A stretch of 64,000 bases of DNA. Source: Candidatus Spongiisociaceae bacterium. Its GTDB lineage: Bacteria; Actinomycetota; Acidimicrobiia; Spongiisociales; Spongiisociaceae. Shown piece by piece: positions 1 to 10,610 of this stretch. The stretch lies in contig OZ253564.1 in NCBI GenBank assembly GCA_965262915.1, positions 1-64,000 of the forward strand. The letters run 5' to 3'. The notes beneath the pieces were generated by a model. That model saw only the letters and a list, made by a program, of their open reading frames with translations. It was not told the DNA's origin and made no database searches. The translations under genes were made by a program, and so were the position numbers. Numbering within the stretch: the first letter of the stretch is position 1; each line of letters starts with the position of its first letter.

Positions 1-546
1 CCGGCCGGGGAGTACGCTATCGATATAGCTCGAGTGGAAGCCGGGCTGCTCATCATCGGTGCCGACTACATGGGGGCCGGTCCTGACCCGACTCCCCCCG
101 TCGACGATGTATCTCAGATGCGAGAGTGCTCCCCCTTCGAGCTTCGACTGGGTCGCTTCGTCGACTTCGACAAACCGGACTTCATAGGAAGGCAGTCGCT
201 GCTGGATGAACAGGCAGCCGGTGGCCCACCCCGACGGATGGTCGGGCTCAGCATCGATTGGCGGGCGATGCTGGAGCATCAGATCGAGCGAGGAGAACTC
301 GCGGAGATGTTTCCTCGGGTGCACCACACGCCCTTGCCCGTGCTCGACTCGGGTAGCCGAGTGGGATACGCCACGAGCGTGACCTGGGGGCCGACGGTCG
401 GGATGCTCATCGGTCTCGGTCACCTCGACAAGGAGTCCGCAAGTTCGGAGGCAAAGCTGTCCGTGCTGTGGTCAGCAAACGGTCAAACCGTCGAGGTCGG
501 CGCCACGGTCGTCGACCTACCGTTCAACCGGCACCGGCGCGCCTGA
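1..546 (+). CDS. Aminomethyltransferase (GcvT/folate-binding) family protein, C-terminal part, 5' truncated by window edge
   Basis: Frame open from base 1: PAGEYAIDIARVEAGL, SPFELRLGRFVDFDKPDFIGR, VGYATSVTWGPT, VVDLPF match the GcvT C-terminal region. Confidence 0.85.
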   Translation, partial: PAGEYAIDIARVEAGLLIIGADYMGAGPDPTPPVDDVSQMRECSPFELRLGRFVDFDKPDFIGRQSLLDEQAAGGPPRRMVGLSIDWRAMLEHQIERGELAEMFPRVHHTPLPVLDSGSRVGYATSVTWGPTVGMLIGLGHLDKESASSEAKLSVLWSANGQTVEVGATVVDLPFNRHRRA

Positions 547-706
547 ACCCGGGGCGCATGACACGCCCGGCGTTCGGCTGCTGTCGATCACGCACCCCTG
601 TATGGACAGCCGGACAGACGGTGCCGGACAGGGGAACCTGTTGGGCCCCGGCCAAGTCTGCATCGTCACGGAGCGGACGAAAGGCCGGCGGCGGTACCCT
701 GTCCAG

Positions 707-1855
707 ATGACTTCGACCGCCCGCTCAGCGTCCCTCGTTCCGGCTCTGGCCGCGTACGGAGCGCTAACCCTGACCTTCGACGTCGTTCCCCTGCTGGTGC
801 CTGCGACCGCCGAGTGGTACGGCGTGGCCCTCTCCTCGGGCGCCTGGCTCTACGTGATGACCGACTTCGGATTCGGGATCGCGGCCTTCTGGTACGGGAT
901 CCGGAGCATACGCCGGAGACAGTTGCTTCTGGCCGGTCTCGCCGCGGTAGCGATCGCCAACGTCGCCGCCGCCGGAGCCCCCGGATTCCTCTCCCATCTG
1001 GCCGCCAGGACCTTCGCCGGCTTCGCCATGGGGGCAATGGTGGCCGGCGCGATGGGTCTGGTGGTCGACGGCGCCAACGTCCCGAGGCGGGTAGGAACCC
1101 TCACGGCCGTGATGCCGGCCGCCTCCGTGCTCATGCCGGTCGCCGGTTGGATCACCGAAGCGCACGGCTGGCGAGCGACCCTGCTGGCTCTGGCGGGTGT
1201 AGCCCTGGTGGCGTTGGCCATCGCTTATCCGATGCCGGAGCAAGTGACCCGGGAGAAGAGAGTACACCCGACCCGCCTGTTCAACCGTGCAGCAGCAATC
1301 GGTATCGCATCCGGTGTGTTCTGGGCTACCGGGTCCATGGTCCCGTGGGTGTTCGTGGGCGCCTACGCCGAGGGGCCGATCGGGGGGGACGCGACCCTAA
1401 GCGGTATCGCCATCGGGGTCAGCGGCTTGGCAGGTTTCGGGGCGGCCGTCGCAGCAGGCAGACTCACCTTCGCCAGCCGCCCTCTGGGCCTCCAGTTGGG
1501 TCTCGTAGCTTGCGGTCTGTCAGTCCTGTGGCTGGTCGCGACCCGTGATGTGGCGAGTTTCCTGCTGTCCATAGCCGCGTGGGCGTTCGCCCACTGGTTC
1601 GTGTTCGTCGTGTTCCAGGGTCTGTTCTCCGAGTCGGTCGAGGTCGAGAGCCAGCGCGGGATACTGACGTTCGCGGCGCTACCGCTGCAGGTCGGCTACG
1701 GCTTGGGTGCGGTGGTCGCCTCCTTCGTGTTCGGAGCCTGGAGCTTCACCGGGTTGGGGTGGGTCTCCGCGATCCTGATGGTGGTTTCGATGATCGCTGC
1801 CTGGTTGGCATGGCAAGGGAGAACATCGGCCCCCATGGAAGGTTGCGTGCAGTGA
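707..1855 (+). CDS. MFS transporter
   Basis: About 12 hydrophobic segments; RRRQLLLAGL and ARTFAGFAMG resemble MFS motifs A/B; ATG 707 chosen over 602. Confidence 0.8.
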   Translation: MTSTARSASLVPALAAYGALTLTFDVVPLLVPATAEWYGVALSSGAWLYVMTDFGFGIAAFWYGIRSIRRRQLLLAGLAAVAIANVAAAGAPGFLSHLAARTFAGFAMGAMVAGAMGLVVDGANVPRRVGTLTAVMPAASVLMPVAGWITEAHGWRATLLALAGVALVALAIAYPMPEQVTREKRVHPTRLFNRAAAIGIASGVFWATGSMVPWVFVGAYAEGPIGGDATLSGIAIGVSGLAGFGAAVAAGRLTFASRPLGLQLGLVACGLSVLWLVATRDVASFLLSIAAWAFAHWFVFVVFQGLFSESVEVESQRGILTFAALPLQVGYGLGAVVASFVFGAWSFTGLGWVSAILMVVSMIAAWLAWQGRTSAPMEGCVQ

Positions 1856-2073
1856 CCGGGCTTCCGGGGCAACAAGTCCCGCAAGTACCGACGGAAATCC
1901 GGCCAAGTGCTCCCCGACGCGTGCCGGACGAGTTGGACACGAATCTCGAGTGTCCGTTAACCGGGCCGGGCCCGTAGGCGCTTCCTCCGGTCAGCAGCGC
2001 GGAGCACGGTACTGCTACCCTTCGACGATCATCCCGCGGGTCTACCCGCAGAGCCGGAGACCGGCGGGGGGCT

Positions 2074-3528
2074 TTGCAGAGCAGAGGAGGAGGCAAAGTG
2101 TCCGGCCGAAGGCAGAACAGGGTTCCGGAAGGCTCGCCGAGAGCATCGCAGATATACCGGCGGCTGTACAGCCGCCGCCAGATTCTCAAGGCGGGTGCGC
2201 TGGGCACTGCCGGATTGATGATCGGGGCTTGTGGCGGCGAGGAAACGCCTGCCACGACCGCCGCACCCGCCACCACCACCGCACCCGCCACCACCGCGGC
2301 CCGTCGCACCGTTCCCGTGCTGTTCGACTATGGCTACGCGGGGATTCCGGGAAGCATGGGTCAGTTCTGGGACGAGGTCACGACCCGGGCAGCCGCCGAG
2401 GGAATCGACGTGGAGGGAACCGAGGTCGCCCTCGAAGACCTAGCCATCCGGATCGAGGCCGCCCATGCCGCCCAGGCGGGCCCGTCCATCGAGACCTTCT
2501 ACCCCAACTACAGCACCTTCGAGTTCCTGGAGCAGGGCGCTATCCAGCCGCTGGATCCGCTGGTGGGCGGGGACGCCGAGATCGACCACTGGCTCTTCGA
2601 GAGCCAGCCGTTCGGCGGGCTGCATTACAACGCTCCGCTGCTGGCCGAGATCTCGATGCTGGTCGTGAACCGGGACATCTTCAACAACGCCGGGGTGGAT
2701 CTGCCCGATCGCTTCGCTTCGTGGGAGGACATGATCGCCGCCTTGCAGAAGATCAAGAGCGCGGGTGACGTTCCGGTGATTATCGGCTCGGCGGACGGGT
2801 TCAACTCGGAGAAGTGGGTGATGGCCTCGGAGATGGGGTTCCTCGACCGCACCACCGATCTGACCGAATGGAACCTCGGCATCCGCAACATCGACGAGCC
2901 GCTGGCCTCCGGCTGGATCGACAACATCGCCCAGTTGAGGACCGACAAGCTCATCAACGACGACGCCGACAAGATCACCGAACATCAGGCCTTGGAGCGG
3001 TTCACGGCCGGTGAGGCCGGCATGATGATGCTCTATCCCGGGGCGGTGTTCGCCCTCGAGGAGGACAGGTTCGACGTGGTGGGCTACTGGAAGGGTCCGG
3101 GCGCTGCCTCCGCACCGCTGGCGGTGGGCGGGAGCGGCATGGTCGTGACCTCCTTCTCGGAGGACCCCCAGGCCGCCGGGGACCTGATCGCCTTCCTGCA
3201 CCGTCCCGAGCAGTCGAAGCTGTTCAACGAGATAACGTCGGAGCTTCCCTGCGACGATCGGTTCGACTCCAGTGGGCTCGGTAAGCTGGCATCGCGCACC
3301 TGGGGACTGATCACCGACCCCGACACGCCCCCACCCTTCTGGGTCCACGACTTCATGCATTACGACGTGATCTTCTCGATCATCTACCCGCTCGGGCAGG
3401 AGGCCGTGGCAGGTACGCCGCCCGGCGAACTCCGCCAGAAGTTCAACGAGCAGATGGAGGCATGGCGCGAAGGCAACGAGGAAGCTATGGGCCGCGTGCA
3501 GGGGTTCTACGACGCGGCAACCGCGTAG
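2074..3528 (+). CDS. Carbohydrate-type ABC transporter substrate-binding lipoprotein (Tat signal)
   Basis: SRRQILK twin-arginine motif, lipobox IGAC, Thr/Ala linker, SBP_bac_1-like motifs (LVVNRDIFNNAG, FTAGEAGMM); exact start uncertain. Confidence 0.85.
   Translation: MQSRGGGKVSGRRQNRVPEGSPRASQIYRRLYSRRQILKAGALGTAGLMIGACGGEETPATTAAPATTTAPATTAARRTVPVLFDYGYAGIPGSMGQFWDEVTTRAAAEGIDVEGTEVALEDLAIRIEAAHAAQAGPSIETFYPNYSTFEFLEQGAIQPLDPLVGGDAEIDHWLFESQPFGGLHYNAPLLAEISMLVVNRDIFNNAGVDLPDRFASWEDMIAALQKIKSAGDVPVIIGSADGFNSEKWVMASEMGFLDRTTDLTEWNLGIRNIDEPLASGWIDNIAQLRTDKLINDDADKITEHQALERFTAGEAGMMMLYPGAVFALEEDRFDVVGYWKGPGAASAPLAVGGSGMVVTSFSEDPQAAGDLIAFLHRPEQSKLFNEITSELPCDDRFDSSGLGKLASRTWGLITDPDTPPPFWVHDFMHYDVIFSIIYPLGQEAVAGTPPGELRQKFNEQMEAWREGNEEAMGRVQGFYDAATA
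2251..2298 (+). repeat. 18-bp tandem repeat encoding the ATTAAP/ATTTAP linker
   Basis: gccacgaccgccgcaccc gccaccaccaccgcaccc gccaccaccgcg. Confidence 0.7.
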
Positions 3529-3548
3529 AGATCCCGGCGAAGCTCGGA

Positions 3549-3584
3549 AACCGGCGGGGAGGTCGTACCGGTCCTCCGCCGGTT
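3549..3584 (+). terminator. Intergenic stem-loop after the SBP gene (mRNA stabiliser or partial terminator)
   Basis: AACCGGCGG...CCGCCGGTT inverted repeat between SBP and first permease. Confidence 0.55.
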
Positions 3585-3677
3585 CCTGGCAACCGAAGGT
3601 AACTACACGATGACTGTGGAAGCCGCTGCTATGCCTGACGCCTGCCCGGTGCCGGTGGAAACCGAAAGACCGGCGCG

Positions 3678-4607
3678 ATGAGCATCGGCACCAGCGCGCC
3701 TGCCCGTCCACACCGTCGATGGAGCCCCGCGGGTCTGCGCCGGGCACTCCCGGTGGTGGGATGGCTCCTGCCGGCATTGGTGGTGATCGGGTTCGTGATC
3801 GGCTACCCGGTGATCCAGGTCATCATCGACAGCTTCAGCAGCAAATCCAGGTTCAGCCCCGGCGAGTTCGTCGGTCTGGACAACTTCCGGGAACTGATGG
3901 CCGGAGGCGACCAGGATCTCTTCTGGTTGTCTTTCCGCAACAACCTGGTGCTGCTGGTCAGCATCCCCGTGACCATCCTGGTCGGTCTGGTGGTGTCTTC
4001 CGTCCTCTACCGGGGGATCAGGGGATCCCGGCTGTACGAGGTGTTCATCTTCCTGCCATTCCTCCCGGCGGTGGCGGCCATCTCGGTCATCTTCATCTAC
4101 CTCCTGGGGTGGCAGGGACCGCTGAACGAGACCGTCCGGGCGCTCAGCCTCGAGCCGTTGGCGCAAGCCTGGCTGACCGATCCGGGGCTGGCCATCTGGT
4201 CGGTTCTCGGCGTGGTCACATGGAAGCGCCTCGGTTTCGTGGTGCTGCTCTTCATGGCCCGGATGCTCAGTATCGACCCCGACCTCCTCGACGCCGCGGC
4301 CGTGGACGGGGCAACCTGGTCACAGACCGTTCGCCATGTGGTGGTGCCGGAGATGAGGGCGATCATCCGGTTCGTCGGCATCCTCGGCTTCATCGAGGTT
4401 TTCTCCTTCACCTTCGCCTACGTATTCGTGATGACCCGCGGCGGCCCGTTCAAGAACACCTATACGCTGGAGTACCTCCTCTTCAGCATCATGTTCCGGC
4501 GGAAGCTGGTAGGTCTGGCTTCCGCGGTAGCGGTGCTGCTGCTGGTGCTGGCCGTAGCCGTGGCCCTCTACCAGATGCGACGGACCCGGGCGAGGGCAGC
4601 GACATGA
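3678..4607 (+). CDS. Carbohydrate ABC transporter permease (MalF-like)
   Basis: FVGLDNF, DAAAVDGA (EAA loop), MTRGGP. Confidence 0.9.
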   Translation: MSIGTSAPARPHRRWSPAGLRRALPVVGWLLPALVVIGFVIGYPVIQVIIDSFSSKSRFSPGEFVGLDNFRELMAGGDQDLFWLSFRNNLVLLVSIPVTILVGLVVSSVLYRGIRGSRLYEVFIFLPFLPAVAAISVIFIYLLGWQGPLNETVRALSLEPLAQAWLTDPGLAIWSVLGVVTWKRLGFVVLLFMARMLSIDPDLLDAAAVDGATWSQTVRHVVVPEMRAIIRFVGILGFIEVFSFTFAYVFVMTRGGPFKNTYTLEYLLFSIMFRRKLVGLASAVAVLLLVLAVAVALYQMRRTRARAAT

Positions 4608-5509
4608 TGTCGGGGTTCCGAGCCAGGCGGAGGGCGAGAAGAGGCGGGGATCGCGCCCATGCCACCCGGCGTCAAGTATGGGGAGAGAGCGGGCTGGTCA
4701 GGGCAGTCCAGCAGGTGTTCATCCTGCTGATCGTCTTCGTTTCTCTTGCCCCGCTCTACACGGCGGTCACCACCTCCTTCACACCGGCGGGGGAGTTGAG
4801 CGGAGGCGGCATCCTCCCACCCCCCAACCCGACATTCGACAACTACCGACTGGCCTGGGGCGACCTCGGCTTCCAGGGCATGTTCTCCAATAGCGCGATC
4901 CTGGCGGTCACCGCCGCGATAGGTACCACCCTCCTCGGCGCGGCCGCCGCCTTCGCGCTGGTCAGGTTCCGGTTCAAGGGCCGGAGGGTGCTGCTGGTGG
5001 CGATCATCGGCGCCATCGCCGTGCCGCCCATCGTGATCATCATCCCCCTGTTCCTCACAATGAGCGGCCTCGGCTGGGTCAACACCTATCACTCCGCCAT
5101 CATCGCCGAGATCGGTCTGCTGCTCCCGTTCGCCATATTCCTGCTGTACAGCTTCATGAAGGACCTGCCCGAGGACCTCTTCGACGCGGCTGCGCTGGAC
5201 GGAGCCGGTTCGGTCGGCCAGTTCTGGCATGTGGCCCTACCGCTATCGCGTTCCGCCCTCGTTACGACCGGCATCGTCTCGGGCATATTCGCCTGGAACG
5301 AACTGCTGGTACCGCTGATCCTGTGGCAGCAGGACAAGTTCCAGACCCTGATGCTGGGTCTCGCCACCCTCGGTCCGGGACGGACCGGAGTCCGCTATGT
5401 CCCGCTTCTAATGGCAGGCGTGACGATAACGATCGTCCCGCTGGTGATCCTGTTCGTGATCGGGCGGCGGGCCCTGCTCAGGGGCCTCACGGAGGGAGCG
5501 TTGAAATGA
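4604..5509 (+). CDS. Carbohydrate ABC transporter permease (MalG-like)
   Basis: PTFDNY, DAAALDGA, AWNELLVPL; ATGA overlap with upstream permease. Confidence 0.9.
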   Translation: MMSGFRARRRARRGGDRAHATRRQVWGESGLVRAVQQVFILLIVFVSLAPLYTAVTTSFTPAGELSGGGILPPPNPTFDNYRLAWGDLGFQGMFSNSAILAVTAAIGTTLLGAAAAFALVRFRFKGRRVLLVAIIGAIAVPPIVIIIPLFLTMSGLGWVNTYHSAIIAEIGLLLPFAIFLLYSFMKDLPEDLFDAAALDGAGSVGQFWHVALPLSRSALVTTGIVSGIFAWNELLVPLILWQQDKFQTLMLGLATLGPGRTGVRYVPLLMAGVTITIVPLVILFVIGRRALLRGLTEGALK

Positions 5510-6273
5510 CCCGAGGAGTGATCGTCACGGGCGGGAGCACCGGCATCGGTTTCGAGGTGGCCCGCCGGTTCGCGGCCTCCGGGGACCACGTGATGATCAC
5601 CGCCCGGTCCGCCGACGCCCTCGACCGGGCCCGGTCTCTCCTGGCAGGCGAGGGTCTCGATGTGGTGACGGCTTCAGGAAGCGTCTCGGACCTCGGAGAG
5701 GTGCTCCGGACACTTGCCACCGCAGTCGAGCGCTTGGGTTCGGTCGACGTGTTGGTCAACAACGCCGGCATCTGCCACGAAGCTTCCGTCATAGATACCG
5801 ACGACGAGACCTGGGCAGCCCTGATGGCTACCAACGTGGCCGGGGTGTTCCTGATGAGCCGGGAGGCCGCCAGGATCATGATCGAGCAAGGCACCGGCGG
5901 TGTCATCATCAACACCTCGTCGGTCAACTCGACCATGGTCGAGCCTCTCTACGTTCCCTACAGCGCCACCAAAGCCGCGGTCGACGCGCTAACGAAAGGC
6001 ATGGCTCTGGAGTTGGCGCCTTTCGGGATCCGGGTGGTGGGTGTGCGCCCCGGCTACATCGAGACGCCGATGATCAGCAAGGTGCTCCAGGACCCGGCGG
6101 GTGCGGACGAGTGGAGGGAAGCCGTCGCGGGAGTGGTACCGCTGGGCCGGATGGCGTATCCGGAAGAGCTGGCGGGGACGTACTTCTTCCTGGCATCCGA
6201 GGATGCTTCGTACATAACCGGCACCAACGTCGTGGTCGACGGCGGCAGGGTGGCCTCGCCGGGCGCCCAGTGA
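5506..6273 (+). CDS. SDR family oxidoreductase
   Basis: TGGSTGIG, NNAG, YSATK, VDGG; ATGA overlap. Confidence 0.9.
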   Translation: MTRGVIVTGGSTGIGFEVARRFAASGDHVMITARSADALDRARSLLAGEGLDVVTASGSVSDLGEVLRTLATAVERLGSVDVLVNNAGICHEASVIDTDDETWAALMATNVAGVFLMSREAARIMIEQGTGGVIINTSSVNSTMVEPLYVPYSATKAAVDALTKGMALELAPFGIRVVGVRPGYIETPMISKVLQDPAGADEWREAVAGVVPLGRMAYPEELAGTYFFLASEDASYITGTNVVVDGGRVASPGAQ

Positions 6274-6283
6274 CGGCCCGGCC

Positions 6284-7072
6284 ATGACATCTTCAAGCGA
6301 GGGACTCGAAGGCCGGACCGCTCTCGTAACCGGAGGAGGCTCCGGCATCGGCCGGGGCATCTGCGAAGAACTTGCCCGCGTCGGCGCGAGCGTCCTTGTG
6401 GTGGATATCTCGCCCGGAAGCGCCTCCTACACCGCAGCCATGCTGACCGGTAGAGGCCACGAAGCGCGAGCCGTCGGCTTGGACGTCACCAACTCCCAAG
6501 CCATCGGTGAGGTGCGCTCGACACTCGAAGACGAAGGCTCGATGCCCGACATCCTGGTGAACAACGCAGCGATCTTCCAGATGGCCGCGTTGGAGGACAT
6601 CGACCCTCGCTCGTGGGACCGGATGATCGAGGTCAACCTGAAGGGTCCGTTCCTGATGATGCAGGCTTTCATTCCCCACATGGTCGATCAAGGTTGGGGA
6701 CGGGTCATATCCATCTCATCCACTGCCGGCAAGACGGGCGAGGCATTCGCATCGCACTACTGCGCGGCCAAACGGGGTCTGATCGCCCTCAGCCAGTCCG
6801 CCGCCCCCGAGGTAGCACCCGTCACGGTGAACTGCGTGTGCCCCGGCTTCGTGGAGACGCCGATGACCCGCACCGAGACCAGGTTCTGGCATTCCCGCGA
6901 CCCGGGAATGAGCGAGGAGCAGGTTGTGGCCGGGATGCGCGACCAGATCCCGCTCGGACGCATGGGACGGCCCGAGGATATCGCCAAGGCAGTCAGATGG
7001 CTCAGCCTCCCGAGCAACGACTACATCACCGGCCAAGCCATCAACGTCGACGGCGGTCTCGACTTCCACTGA
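6284..7072 (+). CDS. SDR family oxidoreductase
   Basis: TGGGSGIG, NNAA, YCAAK, CPGFVET, INVDGG. Confidence 0.9.
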   Translation: MTSSSEGLEGRTALVTGGGSGIGRGICEELARVGASVLVVDISPGSASYTAAMLTGRGHEARAVGLDVTNSQAIGEVRSTLEDEGSMPDILVNNAAIFQMAALEDIDPRSWDRMIEVNLKGPFLMMQAFIPHMVDQGWGRVISISSTAGKTGEAFASHYCAAKRGLIALSQSAAPEVAPVTVNCVCPGFVETPMTRTETRFWHSRDPGMSEEQVVAGMRDQIPLGRMGRPEDIAKAVRWLSLPSNDYITGQAINVDGGLDFH

Positions 7073-7191
7073 CGATTGGCCATCCCAAGCTCCCTTGGAT
7101 CCGTCGACGACCCTGCCCGATTCTTGATATCCATAGGCACGACCCGGTCGTGGAACCGGCTAGCTTTCTGATGAGACCCACAGGAGTGGCC

Positions 7192-8364
7192 ATGACCGAT
7201 ATCGCCGACGTACCCGCCTACGACATACCCTTCGACCAGTCCGAATACGATGACCGGCTCGATCGGCTGCGCCGGGCCATGGAGGAACAGCGCCTCGATG
7301 GTCTCATCCTCACCGAACCGTCGGACATCTATTACATGAGCGGCTACGACACCCAGGGCTTCTGGGCGTACCAGGCGATGATCATCCCGGCCGACGGTCC
7401 ACTCACGCTGGTGTGCTTCGTCGAGGAGGTACTTCATGCCGAGGCACGGGGGCTCCAGCATGCCGGGTACGCGTTCGGGGGCGACCATATCCGTATGACG
7501 GTCGAGACGGTTGAGAAGTGTGGCTTGGGCAACGGGCGCATCGGCGTCGACATCTGGGGCCGTTACCTGCCGGTGGGTGTCTTCCAGGAACTGGAGCGGT
7601 CCCTCTCCGCCGAACTGGTCGACATCGCCGGCATGGCCGAGAGGCAGCGCCTGGTCAAGTCCCCTGCGGAGGTCGCGTACATCCGCGAGGCGGCTGCCAT
7701 ATCCAACGAGGTGATGGGCAGGGTCTACGACACGCTGCGGATCGGGATCAACGACCGGGAGGTGGCCTCGATCCTCGGTTGTGACTCCATCCGTCTCGGG
7801 TCCGACTACTTCGCCATGGGACCATACGTGCGGTTCGGCCCGACGATGGTGCAAGGCCATCTCACCTGGCAGGGAAGGACTTTCGATCCCGGTCATGTGG
7901 CGGAGCTCGAGGTGGCGGCAGTCCGGAGGAGGTACAACGCTCCCATCCTCCGCTACGCAGTTGCGGGGTCCGTCGAAGGGGATCTGGCCGTCTGTGCCGA
8001 AGCGGTCCAACTGGGCATGGAAGCCGTCCGGCAGGCCACCAAACCGGGGGCGGTAGGTAGCGAAGTTCGGCAGGCGGCCTACGAGGTAGGAACCGATCAC
8101 CTGCGCAGCAACGGCGTGGAGGCAACGTACCTGCCGGGCGGCTACTCGGTCGGGATCGGCTACCCACCGGACTGGACCGAGGCCGACATCATCACCGCCT
8201 CGAGCGACTACGTACTCCAGCCGAACGTCCTGTTCCACTTCGTCTCGTTCTTCCAACTTCCCGAGTCGCGCATCGGGACCAGCGATGTGGTGCTCGTGAC
8301 CGAGGACGGATGCGAGTTCCTGAACACCCTCCAAGCAGGGCCCATCGCGCTCGAAGGGAGGTGA
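7192..8364 (+). CDS. M24 (creatinase/Xaa-Pro peptidase fold) hydrolase, EutD/DoeA-like
   Basis: RLVKSPAEVAYIREAA, RRRYNAPILR, GYSVGIGYPPDW, LQPNVLFH; RBS AGGAG before ATG 7192. Confidence 0.85.
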   Translation: MTDIADVPAYDIPFDQSEYDDRLDRLRRAMEEQRLDGLILTEPSDIYYMSGYDTQGFWAYQAMIIPADGPLTLVCFVEEVLHAEARGLQHAGYAFGGDHIRMTVETVEKCGLGNGRIGVDIWGRYLPVGVFQELERSLSAELVDIAGMAERQRLVKSPAEVAYIREAAAISNEVMGRVYDTLRIGINDREVASILGCDSIRLGSDYFAMGPYVRFGPTMVQGHLTWQGRTFDPGHVAELEVAAVRRRYNAPILRYAVAGSVEGDLAVCAEAVQLGMEAVRQATKPGAVGSEVRQAAYEVGTDHLRSNGVEATYLPGGYSVGIGYPPDWTEADIITASSDYVLQPNVLFHFVSFFQLPESRIGTSDVVLVTEDGCEFLNTLQAGPIALEGR

Positions 8365-8555
8365 CAGCCCGCGACCACAACCAGCGGGCTGGTTACCCGC
8401 GGGCATCTCGACGAAAAGGGGCGGGCCCTCGACAAGCGGAAGGACGATCCCGGAGCGTTCGGCGCCATGGCGCTCGGCGATGCCACAGCCCAAGCCGCGG
8501 TGCTGATCTCGACCGCTCGGAGTCGAGATCGCCATCCGCCGGAAGTCCCGAGGGC

Positions 8556-10562
8556 CTATCCCGGAGGTGGGAGATCTCTGGCGGGGATGCCGAACCACTC
8601 GTAGAAGGACGCCGTGAGGTGGAAGGCCTCGGATCGCGGGTCATCGACCAGTGGAATCCCCTTGTGGGGAGGATCGTCGACCACCGCCTTGATGGCCTGT
8701 GGCTCCCCTCCGGAAATGAGGCCGATGTTGCCTGAGAACCGGGGATATCCGCTCCTGAAACGGCGACCGGCCGACCAGTAGGTCCACGAGACCGAGTGAG
8801 GGGACAGAACCTGGTGGGCGAACCGCACCAGATCACCCACCCACTCGGTGACGAGCCTCCACTCGCTGAGTTGATAGGGCAGGATTTTGCTTGCGGGAAT
8901 TATGAACGCCATCGAACCGAGCGGATGGACCAGGGCGCCGAAACCGCCGACATCATGGCCCATCAGTGAGCGTCGCTGTCTATGTATTACCGATACACAC
9001 TGGCTGATCGGCTCGGTCTCCCCACCGGACCATGCATCGAAGCCATGCAATTCCCCGGCTACGCCGGATCTCGAGTAGAAATCACCGAACTGGACAATCC
9101 CCGCCGGGACGACGGCAACTTCCCAGAATGCTGCCTCGCCTATGTCCAAGCGGTCGATCATCGCCCGGGTAGCAGAGCGAAGTGTTTCGGGGAAGGGATC
9201 GCCGTCCGCGGTGAGCAGCCCCTCGCTCCCTCCGCTACCGCTCCCGATTGCATGCGCCACCGGAAACCGCTTGCCATCTGCTCGTTCTTTTTTTGTCGCC
9301 TCAGGCTTACCGCCCCACAGTTTGTCGATTGGCATGGCGTAGATACGCTCGTCCAGGCGGTAGGGCATCTCGCCCGTGTACATGACCAGCCCGACCTGAA
9401 AGCGCGGCCCGAGTCGGTCCCGCAGGAGACGCAGGCCTTTCCAATCATCGGGTCTCACCCTGGAGGCGGCCTTGACCTCCAAGCCGATCACCGCTTCGTC
9501 CTCCGAGCGCTCCACCACGAGATCGACCTCATCCCCCTCACGGTCCCGCCAATACCCTATGCCGTAGGGACTGTCCATCCACGAGATCATCTTGCGGACC
9601 TCCCCCACGACGAAGGTCTCCAGCAGGTGCCCGTACTGCCCGCGGAACAGAGGCACGCCGCTCCCGATCCGTTCCGCGGTGAGCCGCAGGAGCCGACCTC
9701 CTACCCCCGAGTCGACCATGTGCAGCTTCGGTCGGGAAACCGGGCCCTGATCGGTGGCTTTCCAGGCCGGAAGCCGATAGATCAGGAAGAGGAGCTCCAG
9801 CAACCGGGTGTAGTTCTCGGCGGTTCCTCTCTTGAGTTCCACGTCACCCGCCGCCCCACGAATGTTGAGAAGCTGTCCGGTCTGGGCTGCGTACCGGTAC
9901 AGAAGCCGCTCCAAGTGCTCACGCTCGCGAATCTGGTACAGATTTGTCAGCCCGTAGTTGATGGACTGGTCGACATAGTGCTTGAACTGCTGGTGGCGAT
10001 CGGCCACGTCCAGGCTCCTCAACATGAGCGGGAATCCGCCGGTGAGTACCTTCCAGATGTACGACTCGCGGGCGGTACCCGAAGGACCCGACGAGCGGAT
10101 AGCCTCGATATCACCGAACGCCTCCTCCACGAAGTTCCCGCCGCGGCCTTCGATCTCGCTCTGCGCGAGAGGGAGAATCGGTACGTCCACGTGGCGTCCT
10201 ACCAGCGCGTTGAGACCGGGCCGGTTCGCTTCGCGCGACGCCGAGCCGGTCAACACGAACTGGCCGGGCGATCCGTCCTTGTTCAGTTGAGCCTTGATGT
10301 GTTGGAGCAGATCGGGGATCTTCGGGTATTCGTCTATGAGAACGGGCCGACGACGGGCGACGTATCCCTGGGGGTCGGATTCGACCCTGTGCTTGATGTC
10401 GATCTCGTCGAGGTCGATGATGTCGACCTTCGATCCGGCCGCTATCTCTTGGAGGAGGGTGGACTTGCCCACGGCGCGGGGGCCCTCGAGGATCACGACC
10501 GGGACGGTGCGGATCCGCCGATGTATCACATCGAGAATCCGGCGCGGGTAGATGGTCGCCAT
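8556..10562 (-). CDS. AAA_14 ATPase with DUF4143 (PD-(D/E)xK-like) domain and a ~250-aa C-terminal extension
   Basis: GPRAVGKST, LIDE, VLTGS, GGFP, PKLHMVDSG, YWRD..EVDLV..GLEVK. Confidence 0.85.
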   Translation of the reverse strand: MATIYPRRILDVIHRRIRTVPVVILEGPRAVGKSTLLQEIAAGSKVDIIDLDEIDIKHRVESDPQGYVARRRPVLIDEYPKIPDLLQHIKAQLNKDGSPGQFVLTGSASREANRPGLNALVGRHVDVPILPLAQSEIEGRGGNFVEEAFGDIEAIRSSGPSGTARESYIWKVLTGGFPLMLRSLDVADRHQQFKHYVDQSINYGLTNLYQIREREHLERLLYRYAAQTGQLLNIRGAAGDVELKRGTAENYTRLLELLFLIYRLPAWKATDQGPVSRPKLHMVDSGVGGRLLRLTAERIGSGVPLFRGQYGHLLETFVVGEVRKMISWMDSPYGIGYWRDREGDEVDLVVERSEDEAVIGLEVKAASRVRPDDWKGLRLLRDRLGPRFQVGLVMYTGEMPYRLDERIYAMPIDKLWGGKPEATKKERADGKRFPVAHAIGSGSGGSEGLLTADGDPFPETLRSATRAMIDRLDIGEAAFWEVAVVPAGIVQFGDFYSRSGVAGELHGFDAWSGGETEPISQCVSVIHRQRRSLMGHDVGGFGALVHPLGSMAFIIPASKILPYQLSEWRLVTEWVGDLVRFAHQVLSPHSVSWTYWSAGRRFRSGYPRFSGNIGLISGGEPQAIKAVVDDPPHKGIPLVDDPRSEAFHLTASFYEWFGIPARDLPPPG

Positions 10563-10610
10563 CTGGGTTACCCCTACCTCTCTTCTCCAGACACCCAACA
10601 CTCGGAGTGG

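Noticed and set aside
7167-7200. Hammerhead ribozyme (CTGATGAG)
   Set aside because: No matching GAAA core or flanking stems
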